Translations under genes and position numbers: made by a program
Source: Prorocentrum cordatum
Lineage: Eukaryota
DNA length: 64,000 nt
Reading direction: 5' to 3'
Assembly: GCA_963575745.1 (NCBI GenBank)
Contig: CAUYUJ010000103.1
Span: forward strand, 372,001-436,000
Shown here: piece by piece, positions 1 through 16,014 of the stretch
Position numbering within the stretch: position 1 is the first letter of the stretch
Layout: each line of letters starts with the position of its first letter
Notes under the pieces: model-generated
Database searches by the model: none
What the model was told of the DNA's origin: nothing
What the model saw: only the letters and a program-made list of their open reading frames with translations

Positions 1-4200
<4,200 letters not shown>

Positions 4201-5385
4201 TGCGAGAATCATAAGGCTGTGGTTCGCAATCTTGAGGTTGTGGTTCAGATTGCCCCTGTGCTGTGGGCTTCGGCGTATTAGCCATGCCTCTTGCTGCAGG
4301 CTCTGGCTTCGACCGTTCGCTCCCATACGCTCTCGTCGCCGTTGTCGTTCCGTCCTAGGTCTCGGCGGGGGTACTTGCGGCTGGATCCGACTCAGGGTCC
4401 TCCAGGGTTCGTCGTCATCGCCATATTGTCGTCGTCGTCCGCCATCGTCGCCCGACGTCGTCCGTTGGTCATCGTCGTCGTCGTCGTGGGTCATCGTCTG
4501 CGTCGTCGTTGTGGTTGTCGACATCGGTCGTCTGTCGTTGGTCATCGTCGTCGTCGTCGTCGCCAGCGTCGTCGTCGTCCACCGTCGGTCATCGGTCGTC
4601 TGCCCTCGGAGGGGCTGGCGGATGAGCTGGAGGAGGAGGAGGGGAGGGAGAGGAGGAGGACGAGGAGGAGGACGAGGAGGACGAGGAGGACGAGGAGGAC
4701 GAGAACGAGGAGGAGGACGAGGAGGAGGACGAGGAGGAGGAGAAAGGAGGAAGGCGGAGGATGATGAGGAGGAGGAAGAGGAGAAGGAGGAGGATGAGGA
4801 GGAGGAAGAGGAGGAGGAGGAGGAGGAGGAGGAGGAAGAAGGGGGGGGGACGGGGAGGGGGAGGGGGGAGGAAGTTGGAGGGAGGAGGAGCCCCCCGTTG
4901 CTGGCGGCGGCGGCCGGGCAGCGCTACGCTGCTAGGCGCCAGGCTCCAGGCGTCTTCGGGAGGGGGTTCGGCCCAGCAGCAGGGACGTGGAGGAAGATGC
5001 GGGGTGGGGGGGTGCGGGGGTGGAGGGGAAGCAGCAGTTGTGACAGGAACTGCAGGGTCAGCAGGAGCAGCGGCGGCAGGAGCGGCGGCGGCCAGCCCAA
5101 GGGCAGGAGGCGGAGGGAGGTGCGCAACAGCAGCAGCAGCAGCGACAGAGCAGCGAACGCCGTGATTCGTTCAACGCGCGGCCCCGACCTCTCGACCCAG
5201 GCTTGGCGTTCCGTCCAGGATAGTTTTTTTGACAGCCCCGGGCGCGAAAACGACCCCCCAGGGGCCGAAATTCGTGAACCGCCCTGGCCTGAATTTTCCA
5301 AGACGGGGGCCGGAATTCCGCAGGTACGCCGGCTTCTCCCGGAAGTGTTACCACGGAGGTTTGGGACCACATCAAAGCCTTAGAA

Positions 5386-6033
5386 ATGGAGGTATCGACC
5401 CTCAAGATCACCACCCACCACAACCCCCCAGACCCAGACATGGAGAGGACAGTCGTGATAGGAGGTTTACAGTCGTTCGGGAGCCTGGAGGAGGCGAAGG
5501 GGTGGTTGAGGAATAAGCTCTGGGATTTGTATGGGCCGCAGCCCAACGAGGTGTACGTGAAGGGGGAGTTTCGTGGACTGATCTTTGCTAAATTTCCCGA
5601 CGGCGGGGATCGGGACACGGTGGTAGGCCTATTTCGCAAAGCTTCTATCTGGGAAGGGGGGGGGGGGAACAAGGTTTGGGCGAAAGCGGACCAGCCCCTA
5701 GAGAAGCGTGTCCTCTCTTCATTCGCATTCGGCCTGAAGTACCTGATGAAAGAATGGGGGTACGAGGCGAAGGCGGTGTGGGCAGACCCCGAGGACGGCA
5801 AGGTGTGGCTGGGCACGGAAATGGTCTCCCACGCGACGATCGACGGAGGCAAGCTTCAGGTGACGCACGGCCATGGCTGGGACTCTTGGCTGAACGACCC
5901 GGCCTACCCTGGCTTTCCGGATCTCGTGTCCAGGCTGAGCGGCAAGGTCGAAAATGGCGCCTCCAAGGGTAGCGGAAAGATGGGGGCAAAGGGAAAACCA
6001 AAAGGGAAGGGCCGTGGACAACATGGCAAGTAG
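5386..6033 (+). CDS. LINE ORF1-like protein (possible RRM-like fold, G/K-rich tail)
   Basis: Normal-complexity ORF directly upstream of the endonuclease; TVVIGGL and VYVKGEFRGLIFAKF resemble RNP2/RNP1; ends GKMGAKGKPKGKGRG. Confidence 0.6.
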   Translation: MEVSTLKITTHHNPPDPDMERTVVIGGLQSFGSLEEAKGWLRNKLWDLYGPQPNEVYVKGEFRGLIFAKFPDGGDRDTVVGLFRKASIWEGGGGNKVWAKADQPLEKRVLSSFAFGLKYLMKEWGYEAKAVWADPEDGKVWLGTEMVSHATIDGGKLQVTHGHGWDSWLNDPAYPGFPDLVSRLSGKVENGASKGSGKMGAKGKPKGKGRGQHGK

Positions 6034-6138
6034 GGGTGCCAGCGGGGCGCAAGCAGAGGCGTTTCACAGCACAGCTTCAAGGACCCGACCGTTTGTCCGG
6101 ATCTCGGAGCAGCTCTTCATACTACTGCAACTGGTTCT

Positions 6139-6969
6139 GTGCCGACTGGCTTAGCCAAGACGTCGCTTGCAGTTGCCCGGGGTGGTCGTTTGCTTCCCTG
6201 CAGCACTGAATTCACCATTGGTTCGCGGAACATTGAAGGCTACACTATTGCAAAGCAAGTGGAACTTGAACAAACCATGGAAACAGAGGGCATCGGCGTT
6301 TTATGCATTCAGGAGACATGGCAAACATTATCTGACACCTTCGTCACGGACACGGGGTACTTGGTCGTGCTGTCAGGGGGCGCCGAAGACCGGCCAAATG
6401 ATCCAGAAGATCGTGCCGGCGTTGGCTTCATAGTCGCACCGTCGGTGCGCAGATCTGTTGTTGCTTTCCGCCAGGCGACGTCCAGGCTTGCATCGCTGAA
6501 ACTACGAATTGTTGGAGGTAAAGCGGCAGTGGTGTCCGCATACGCTCCGCACAGTGGCAAAGATTTCCTTAAGAGACACAGATTCTTCAATGAGTTATCT
6601 GATTTAGTTCGCAAGCTATCTGCGCATGGGCCTAAGCTGATCATGGGTGACATGAACGCGAGACTGTACGAGCAGTTCGTCGGAGAGTCGCTCGTGGTCG
6701 GGCCGCACGTGTTTGCATCCCCGGGGTCCGACTGCAAACCGGATGCAAACCGGCACTTGCTAGTGGAGGCGTGCACTCAATTCGACATGTGTTTGGCCAA
6801 CACGTTCTTCGAGCTCCCGCTTGAAAGTTTGGCCACATGCTATAATGTCGGACGCGTCGCTGGGGAGGCGGTGAACCCACACACGCACTCGCAGATTGAC
6901 TTTCTAGCATGCGAGCAGAATTGGTTACATAATGTAAGAGCCGTGCGGTCCTTCACGCACGCCCCATGA
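6139..6969 (+). pseudogene. LINE ORF2 apurinic/apyrimidinic-like (EEP) endonuclease segment
   Basis: Motifs GSRNIEG, LCIQETW, GVGFIV, VSAYAP, IMGDMNAR, LANTFF, QIDFL; TGA stop just before the expected terminal H (SSHH). Confidence 0.9.
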
Positions 6970-6984
6970 TCATCTCATCATTTA

Positions 6985-8993
6985 TTGCTGCATGCGGTGC
7001 TTCACATGGAAATGGAACAATGCGCAGCCGAACGCATCAATCCCGACCTGCGGATGCTGATGGAGCCCTGCACCAGGCGTTCCTTCGCGCAGTGCTTCAG
7101 CCATGCGCAGGAGCAGTGCGAAGAAGCAGCACCTGACCATGGAGATGTAAACGTAGCTTGGTCCCGGATGGTCGACCGCTTTCGCCGGGCGGAGCAGACG
7201 ACGCTGACCAAGGAGTGCCGTCGCCCTACGCGCCCTTGGACAAGCAGCTGTACTCTTAATCTTGTAGCCCGTAGACGTGAAGCAAGACGGCAGGGAGATC
7301 CGCTGGAAGAGAAAACCATTGCGAAGCAGATCGAGGCATCAGTCGCACGCGTTCGTGCGCACTGGCTCCAGCAATTTACAAAAGACGGCAATTGGGCGCA
7401 GATTCGGAAAATGAAGAAATGGCGGGTCCGACAACCTGGCAGACTCCGAGACAGCTGTGGGGAACTCGTAGACAGCGACAGGCGTGCAGACACTTTGGCA
7501 AAACACCTGGAACGCATTCAATGGGCGGTGCGACCGACCACCATTCTCCCCGAGTGCGAGAACATCGGCCCGGAACTGCCCGTGAGGCAGGGTCCCATCC
7601 TGGAGTCAGAGATTAGGGAAGCCGCGAAGAAACTAAAGAATGGGCGCGCTTCAGGATTAGATCAGGTACCGCCAGAGTTCTGGAAAGCTGTGACCGAAGA
7701 CGGGGAAACCGCGTCTTCGTGGATAGCCAGATTCTGTAATTCTGTGTGGTCGCAAACTTGCGTGCCAGACGCGTGGCGCAAATCCAGAGTTCAGATGATC
7801 TATAAGAAGGGCGACCATTCGGCATGCGACAATTACAGACCCATCAGCCTTCTCCCAATCGGATATACAGTATTTCACATGGTCATGCTACAAAGGCTGA
7901 AAGACGCAGGAGCGGAAGACCGAATATGGCGAACACAATTTGGCTTCAGATCTGGACGAGGAACAGCTGACGCGATCTTTATCGCAAGACGGGTCATTGA
8001 AGATGCCTGGGCTACAAAGCAAGGGTCGTCGTTGTTACTTGCCCTGGATTAGGCCAAGCCTTTTACTCAGTGTCGCCCGCCGCCCTGGCGACATCGCTGC
8101 TGAGGTTCGGATGCCCGCGCAAATTTGTCGACATGGTAGAATCGATGTATCGATCCCGGTGTTTCGTCGTGTCTGATTCTGGCGCCACGTCAGCTGAACG
8201 GAGCCAACACTTTGGACTGTGCCAGGGATGTCCGTTGTCTCCTTTTCTGTTCACAATTGTTATGGCCACTTTGCTGACGGACGCGCACTCCATCTTCCGG
8301 CAACGTGTGCCGCACGTGGAAGAGCCCCATTTCGTGAGGGAGCTGGTGCAAGCCGACGATGCGCTCCTGCTCGACACCAACCCGGACATCGTTCAAAGCC
8401 CCATGGCATGCATAGAGGAGTGCGGGCAACATTACGGACTGAGCCTAAATTGGCGGAAGGTAGAAGTAATGCGCGTCCGTAGTGCAGCACATGTGATCAA
8501 TAGCGAGGGCGTTGCAGTGACAGAGAAATCTAGCCTGATTTACTTCGGCGCCCAATTGTCTGCAGACGGTCGTAGTGGGGTGGAGTTCAGCCGGCGTTTA
8601 GGCGCCGCCAGGCAGGATTTCAACGCGTTGGGTACAATTTGGTCGCATTCCACGTTAAGCCGCACACAGAAAGTGCGCATTTTCAACGCGTGCGTCGTGG
8701 CCAAACTGACCTATGCATTGTTTGCTGCGTGTCTGAACCAAGCAGAACGCAGGATAATAGATGGGTTTCAAGCCCAATACCTTCGAAAGATTGATCACGT
8801 CCCGCATTCTTGCACTAGCAGGATTTCAGACAGCACCGTGCTAAGCATGGCTGGACAGCCGCCTCTGAGCGAGCAGCTCTGTAAACAACAAATGATTTTC
8901 ATGGGCAAGCTTGCTAGACGCCCTGGCACGGACCCCGTGCGTTTGTCTGTCTTTGAGCCTGATAGGTTTGATGCGAGCGCCATCTGGCCCTAG
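6985..8993 (+). pseudogene. LINE ORF2 reverse transcriptase, disrupted by a stop and a frameshift
   Basis: LKNGRASGLDQVPPEFWK, IYKKGD, NYRPISLL, QFGFRSGRGTADAIF, LALD*AK, GLCQGCPLSPFLF, QADD (YADD variant), YGLSLNWRK. Confidence 0.93.
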
Positions 8994-10139
8994 GAAAAGA
9001 GGCTGGCCCCGACAGAGCTGGGGGAACACGGTGATGAACAATTGTTTACGAGTGGCCGGCCCGCTCGCCTGGCTGCGTACTTCCGCCCGGAGGGCGGTGC
9101 AGCGCGAGCGCAGGCGTCGGCAGTGCAATCGTGTCGAATTTGATGCATTTTCCACCTCTGCTAGCGCACCGTCTGGCGCAAGGCTTCTGACTCCGAACCT
9201 CGATCGTCCTCCGCCCGCTCCGACGACGACATCCATTCCTGGGGCATGTCCTGACCAGAATTGACAGTGATCCAACCGTGGCCGATCCGAAACCGACCCC
9301 TTCGTGGCGCGTGGAGTTCATAGCGCGAGCAAGGCGAAAAGAGGCGAAATCACGATCGGGACGAGGAGGTTGATCAGTTTAACGGGGACCCAGGAGGAGG
9401 AACAGGAGGCAGGAGGAGGCACGGGGGAGGGGGGAGGAGGGCGTAAGAGGGAGCAGGGGAGAGGATCAGTGAGGGAGAAGGACGAGGATGGGGAGGATTG
9501 GGAGGATGGGGAGGAGGGGGAATCGAACCGAATGAAACACACCACGGCAACAACGCAGTTTCGTGGACACGACCTGTGCCTTTGCGAACCGCTCGGCTCT
9601 TCTGGATACGAACTCCCTGCCCCCAGCGGGCGAACAAATCACTTAGGCTCTGGCGTCGCCTCCGAACTCCAGAACGATTTGAGGGCCACCACCGAACACC
9701 CCCTGGAGAATGACGCCCCACCTGTCACGCACGGGAAACCAAAAACGACCCCATTCGCACCAAATGGGCATTTTTTTTTCGTCCGCGGGGTAGAAGGAAC
9801 AGGACGTCGTTCGCGGGGTAGCAGAAACAGGACGCCTTCTGCGAACTAGGAGAAGAAAGCGGGCGAGGAGGACGACGCAGATTGTGGTGGAGGGGAGGGG
9901 GTCGGGGACGAGAATCAGGAAAAGGACGAAGGTGGAGGAGGAACGCAGTATGTGATAGCCGCCCCGACTGGATGGCGACAAGATTGCATCAAAATGGGTC
10001 GGCTGACCTTGTTTGCTGCATGCTGTTTTGTTCTCGTCGCAAGGCCGTCGCCTCACCCTTGCCCGGGAAACGACGCGGGTGGGTCACAATCAACCGAGCA
10101 ATTTCTCGAGACGTGGCTCCACGAGAAATCCTAAGTCGA

Positions 10140-12050
10140 AGGCGCGCGAGCGAGCGAGTTGGTTCGGACGGCGGCCAGGGCCGACCCCCGCTCGCCATCG
10201 AAAGCGCGCGAGCGCGCCAGTTGGTTCGGGCTGGCGGCCAGGGGCGACCCCCATTGTCATGTCCTGTTCGGACACCCGAGCAAGACATGACAGGGGGGTC
10301 GGCCCTGGCCGCGGAAACCCGTTTGCCATCGCCAGCACGCGCAAGTTGGCTAGGGCCGGCGAGCAGGGCCTACCCCCCTTGTCATGTCCTGCTCGGATAT
10401 CCGAGCAGAGCACGCGAAAAGGATCGGCCCTTGCCGCAGACCACCGCTCGCCGTCGACAAAGTGCAAGGGCGCGAGTTGGCCAGGGCCGACCCCCTTGTC
10501 ATGTCCTGCTCGGACATCCGAGCAGGACATGACAGGGGGATAGGCCCTTGCCGCGGACCCCCGCTCGCCATCGACAAAGCACAAGCGCACGAGTTGGCTA
10601 AGGCTTGCGGCCAGGGCCGACCCGCCTGTCATGTCCTGCTCGGACATCCGAGCCGGACATGACAAGTGGATAGGCCCTTGCCGCGGACCGCCGCTCGTCA
10701 CCGAAAGCGCGCAAGTTGGCAAGGGCTTGCGACTAGGGCCGACCCCCCTGTCATGTCCTGCTCGGATATCCGAGCAGAGGGCGCGAAGGGGATCGGCCGC
10801 TGCCGCGGGCCCCCGCTCGCCATCGACAAAGCGCAAGCGCGCGAGTTGGCTCCAGCCGGCGGCCAGGGCCGACCCCCTTGTCATGTCCTGCTCGGACATC
10901 CGAGCAGGACATGACAGGGGGATAGGCCCTTGCCGCGGACCCCTGCTCGCCATCGACAAAGCGCAAGGGCGCGAGTTGGTTCGGGCCGGCGGCCAGGGCC
11001 AACCCCCCTGTCATGTCCTGCTCGGACATCCGAGCAGGACATGACAGGGGGACACGCCCTTGCCGCGGACCCCCGCTCGCCATCGAAGGCGCGAAAGCGA
11101 TCGAGTTGGTTCGGGCCGGCGGCCAGGGCCAACCCCCCTGTCATGTCCTGCTCGGACATCCGACCAGGACATGACAGGGGGTCGGCCCATGCCGCAAATC
11201 CCATCTCGCCATTGCAAATGCGCGCGCATGCCGGCAGGGGCTAGCAGCCGAAGCCAACGCCCTTCACGCGTCCTGCTCAAATATCGCAGCAGAAGGTGCG
11301 TTGTGCGATGTTGCTGAGGGCGAAGACCCGCAGCATTCGAACGGAATTCAAGACATGACTGGAGGGGCCCCGACGACCTTCTTGTCATCCACTGCTCGGA
11401 CATCCGAGCAGGACATGACAGGGGTGTCGGATCCAGCCCGAGGCCTCCATCACCAGTGCAGCGAACCTCCCGGGGCATCAGCTGCAACGGTAGTGGAGGC
11501 CTTGGGCTGGATCCGACATCCCTGCCATGTCCTGCTCGGATGTCCGAGCAGAGGATGACCAGAGGGTCGTCGGGCCCCCCCAGTCATGTCTTGAATTTCG
11601 TTCGAACGATGTGGTGAGAGCTCGGCGATGCTGTGGCACGACGCCCCCAGCAACTTTGCACATCACACCCCCTCTGCTCGGATGCCCGAGCAGAGGGCGT
11701 GAAGGGGGTCGGCCGTAGCCGCAAGCCTAAGCCAACTTGCGCGCGCGTTCTCGCGATGGCGAGCGGACGCCTGCGGCAGGGGCCGCCCCCCTTCACGTGC
11801 TCTGCTCGGGCATCCGCTCAGGACATGAAAAAGGGGGTCGGCCCTGGCCGCCAGTCCGAGCCAACTCGCGCGCTCGCGCTCTTGCGACGGCGAGCGGGGG
11901 TCCGCGTCGATCCCCTGCGCGTCCCCAACTCGGGCATCCGAGCAGGGCGCGCGAGGGGGGTCGTCCTTGGCGCGCGCGCGCGCGATGGCGAGCGGGGCCT
12001 GCGGTAGTAGCCGTTCCCTTTCACATGCTCCGCTCGGATATCTGAGCTGG
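10140..12050. repeat. Tandem array (~125-130 bp period) of 48-bp near-perfect palindromes at the foldback core
   Basis: ccccctgtcatgtcctgctcgga-ca-tccgagcaggacatgacaggggg has perfect 23-bp arms at 11004-11051; copies near 10249, 10374, 10491, 10620, 10743, 10873, 11004, 11134, variants near 11384 and 11521, more degenerate copies to ~12050. Confidence 0.93.
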
Positions 12051-14249
12051 AAATATGAAGAGGGTCGCCCCCGGCCGCCGGCCAGAGCCGACTTGTGCGT
12101 CTGCGTTTTTGCGTTGGCCAGCGGGGGCTTGTAGGTGGGGCCGACCCCTTCCGCGCGTCGCTTCAGGGCTGAGAAACAACGCGTTTATTTTCCAAGCGGG
12201 CGCAGTTTACATTCAAGGGGTTCTCAACCGAGCGCGGTTCGCACCGACGGAAAACAACCCTTTTGGTACCAAATGGGTCGTTTTCATTGAGGGTAAGATT
12301 CTTGGTTCCATTCCCTGTCTGCCAAGCAATCCCTGCTCGACTTGCTTAGCGAGGCGCGCGCGGCGGGGGCGGCCGTGGCTGGAAAGGAAAGATTGGGGAG
12401 AGGGCGGATGGAGAACATATTGCAGAAGATGGGTGGAATCGGGTCGGGGTCTATCCAGGCTTTGGGATCATCAGAAACGAATCCTGGGCTCGCCCAACAC
12501 GGCCGCTGGAGTCTGTTTTTTTCATTGTCAGATAGGCCCGTCTTTTTCCACCGCCCCCCCTCCTTATCCTTGTTTTGTGCCGTGGATAGTTCGAGCGGTT
12601 TTCGTCGGCCTTCGAGCTCCCGGGGAATTAATCAAGCCTGAACCTAAGTGTGCTTCGAAGGCGCGTCTCGGGGCGTCTCGCCCAGGCTCGACTTAGGATT
12701 TCTCGTGGCGGCGTGTCTCGAAAACGTGCTCTGATGATTCTGAGCCCGCCCGCTTCGGTTCCCGGGCAGGGGCGGGGCGAGGGCCTTGCGGCGATAACAG
12801 AACAGCATGCAGCAAACAGGTCAGCCGACCCATTTTTTTATCTAATCTTGTCGCCATCCAGTCGGGGCGGCTAGCACATGCTGCGTTTCTCCTCCACCTC
12901 GTCCTCTTCCTGCTCCCCGCCCCCAACCTCCCCTCCCCCCAGTTTGCCTCGTCCTCTTCACATGCTGTATTCTCTTAGTTCGCAGAAGGCGTCGTGTTCC
13001 CTCTACCCCGCGAACGACAAAAAAGACCCGCTTGGTGCGAATCGGGCTGTTTTTTTGTCTCCCGTGCGTGACAGGTCGGGCGTCATGGTGTTCGGCGGTG
13101 GCCCTCAAATCCTTCTGGAGTTCGGAGGCGACGCCAGAGCCTAAATGATTTGTTCGCCCGCTGGGGGCAGGGAGTTCGTATCCAGAAGAGCCGAGCGGTT
13201 CGCAGAGGCAGGGGTCGCGTCCATGAAATAGCGTTGTTGCCGTGGTGTGTTTCATTCGGTTCGATTCCCCATCCTCCCCATCCTCCTCGTTCTCCCTCAG
13301 TGATCCTCCTTCCTGCTCCCTCTTATGCCCTCCTCCTTCCTCCTCCGTGCCTCCTCCATCCTCCTTCTCCTCCTCCTGGACCCCCGCTAAAGATCGACCT
13401 CCTCGTCCCAATCGTGCTCTCGCCTTCCCTCGCCCTGCTCGCGATGCGAACTCCACTCCTCACAGGGGTCGGTTTCGGATCGGCCACGGCTGGATCACTG
13501 TCAATTCTGGTCAGGACACGCCCCAGGAAAAAATGTCGTCGTCGGGGCGGGCTGAGGACGATCGAGATTCGAACGCCAGGGAACCCCCGTCTTGGAAAAC
13601 ACAGGCCCGTGCGGTTCACGAATTTCGGCCCCCGAGGGGTTCGTTTTCGCGCCCGGGGCTGTCAAACAAAAAAAACGGGGCGGAACGCCAAGCCTGGGTC
13701 GAGAGGTCGGGGCCACGCGTTGAACGAATGACGGCGTTCGTTGCTCTGTCGCCGCTGCTGCTGCTGCGCACCTCCCTCCACCTCCTGCCCTTGGGCTGGC
13801 CGCCGCCGCTCCTGCCACCGTTGCTCCTGCTGACTCTGCAGCCCCTGCCACAACTGCTGCTTCCCCTCCTCCACCCCGCACCTCCCCACCCCTTCTTCCT
13901 CCACGTCCCTGCTGCTGGGCCGAACCCCCTCCCGAAGGCGCCTGGAGTGGCGCCCAACAGCGCAGCCCTGCCCAGCGGCCGCCGCCAGCCACGGGGGGCT
14001 CCTCCTCCTTCCAACATCCCCCCCCCTGCCCCTCTCCGCCTCCCCTCCCCGTCCTCCTCCTCCTTCTTTTCTTCCTCCTCCTTCTTCTCATCCTTCTCCT
14101 TCCTCCTTCCTCCTCCTCCTCCCCCTGCTCCTCTTCTTTCTCCTCCTCCCTCTCGTCCTCGTTCCTCCTTCCACCTTCCTCCTCCTCCTCCTCCTCCTCC
14201 TCCCCCTCCTCGTCCTCCTCCTCGTCCTCGTCCTCGCGCCCTCCTCGTC

Positions 14250-14285
<36 letters not shown>

Positions 14286-14888
14286 CTCCTCATGCCCCTC
14301 CTCCCCTCCTCCTCCTCCTCCTCCTGCGCGTCCTCCTCATCTGCCACCCCCTCCGAGGACAGGCGACCGATGACCGACGACGGACGACGACGACGCTGGC
14401 GACGACGACCACGACGATGACCGACGACAGACGACCGACGACGACGATGCAGTCGATGACCCACGACGACGACGATGACCAATGGACGACGTCCGACGAC
14501 GACGACGACGACGGACGACGACACGATGACGATGACGACGACAAGCCCTGGAGGACCCCGAGTCGGATCCAGCCGCGTGCACCCCCGCAGAGACCTAGCA
14601 CGGAACAACAACACCCAGAGGAGGAAGGGGAGAAGGGGGGAGGAAAAGAAAGATAATGAGGGGGAGGAACGATTAGCAGTAGGATCGCGATGACGTCATG
14701 GTAAGGAAAAGGAGGGATGTATGCGAGCAAACGGTGGAAGCCAGAGCCTGTAGCAAGAGGCACCGCTAATGCGCCGAAGCCCACAGCACAGGGGCAATTT
14801 GAACCACAACCTCAAGATTGCAAACCACGACCTTATGATTCTCGCTTTGTAGTAGACGTGTGAATAATCGGGGTATTGGTCGTACTCA

Positions 14889-14891
14889 GTT

Positions 14892-14947
<56 letters not shown>

Positions 14948-14967
14948 CGTAGTCGTAGTAGTAGTAA

Positions 14968-15056
<89 letters not shown>

Positions 15057-15083
15057 TAGTAGTAGTAGTAGTAGTAGTAGTGT

Positions 15084-15150
<67 letters not shown>

Positions 15151-15196
15151 CGTAGTCGTAGTAGTCGTAGTCGTCGTAGTAGTCGTAGTAGTAGTC

Positions 15197-15247
<51 letters not shown>

Positions 15248-15320
15248 TAGTAGTTAGTAGTAGTAGTAGTAGTAGTCGTAGTCGTAGTCGTAGTCGTAGT
15301 CGTAGTAGTCGTAGTATTAT

Positions 15321-15357
<37 letters not shown>

Positions 15358-15505
15358 CGTAGTCGTAGTAGTAGTAGTAGTAGTAGTGGCGGTCGTAGTA
15401 CCAGTAGTAGTTGTACTAGTAGTTGTAGAAGTAGTAGTCGTAGTGGTAGCAGTCGTAGTCGTAGTAGTAGGCTGTCTGGTAGACGTAGTCGTAGCCATTG
15501 TAGTT
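14889..15505. repeat. (GTA)n microsatellite
   Basis: Direct inspection. Confidence 0.97.
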
Positions 15506-15507
15506 GT

Positions 15508-15559
15508 ATTTCCAGTCTGTACGCAGTTTATTCAGAGCGGGAGGGGTTGGTTCCGAAGG
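15508..15559 (+). repeat. Direct repeat A1 (5' terminus of the YR element)
   Basis: atttccagtctgtacgcagtttattcagagcgggaggggttggttccgaagg recurs at 22228-22280 and 22564-22616. Confidence 0.92.
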
Positions 15560-15576
15560 TGATTTGGTTCAGGCCA

Positions 15577-16014
15577 ATGCACTCCGCCCAGCTCCCGTGG
15601 GCGGCGGCGGTCGTCGCCGGGCTGGCTTGGATTTCACAGGCGCTGCGTCCGCAGGCGACGCTCCCGATCGCGGTCCCGGAGCCGCGGGTGACGCACGAGC
15701 TCGCCTGCTCGTGCGAGGAGGAGCTGCGCGAGCTCGTGCGGGCTCGGGGCGAGCTGGAGTGGTTCCGGCTCTGCGTGGTGGCCTTGCTCGCCGCCTGCGT
15801 GGTGCTGGCGGTCTGCGTGGCGGCGCTCGCGCTGCTGGCGGCAGGCTGCTGCTGCTGCGCAGGCGGGGAGCGGGCCGCAGGTCGGCGGCGCGACGTCGCG
15901 CGGGCGGCGCCTCAGGCCGCCTTGCCCAGCCCCGAGCTCCTCTCGCAGCTCGCGGCTCGTGAGGTTCGGCGGGCGCGATGGCTGCCCCCGTCGCCGACGT
16001 CGAGCGGGCTCTGA
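15577..16014 (+). CDS. Small predicted membrane protein (hydrophobic N-terminus, short helical segment, TM helix, CCCC, basic tail)
   Basis: MHSAQLPWAAAVVAGLAWISQAL...CSCEEELRELVRARGELEWFRL CVVALLAACVVLAVCVAALALLAAG CCCC AGGERAAGRRR; first ORF after repeat A1; overlaps the gag-like start. Confidence 0.55.
   Translation: MHSAQLPWAAAVVAGLAWISQALRPQATLPIAVPEPRVTHELACSCEEELRELVRARGELEWFRLCVVALLAACVVLAVCVAALALLAAGCCCCAGGERAAGRRRDVARAAPQAALPSPELLSQLAAREVRRARWLPPSPTSSGL

Larger units (their letters stand above)
5310..9192 (+). mobile_element. Degenerate non-LTR retrotransposon (LINE; ORF1 + APE-RT), probably 5'-truncated
   Basis: Boundaries set by its absence from the opposite foldback arm (aagacggggg and cgaa[tc]ctcgatcgtcc are ~11 nt apart there); contains APE and RT motifs. 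Confidence 0.9.
4202..14845. mobile_element. Giant foldback-like inverted-repeat element (arms ~3.4 kb, axis ~11472), left arm interrupted by a LINE
   Basis: 4202 gcgagaatcataaggctgtggttcgcaatcttgaggttgtggttcag is the near reverse complement of the sequence ending gattctcgc at 14845; 5160-5309 pairs with ~13585-13735; 9193-10140 pairs with ~12688-13575; aggcctcca(11441)/tggaggcct(11502) bracket the axis. No transposase or TSD seen. Confidence 0.85.

Noticed and set aside
10140..11200. CRISPR array (palindromic repeats at regular spacing)
   Set aside because: Spacers are homologous to each other and ~75-80 bp long, no cas genes, eukaryotic context
6985..12050. Retron- or DGR-like system of RT plus adjacent hairpin array
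   Set aside because: The RT is an APE-type LINE that the empty site in the opposite arm shows to be a secondary insertion; adjacency to the hairpins looks incidental
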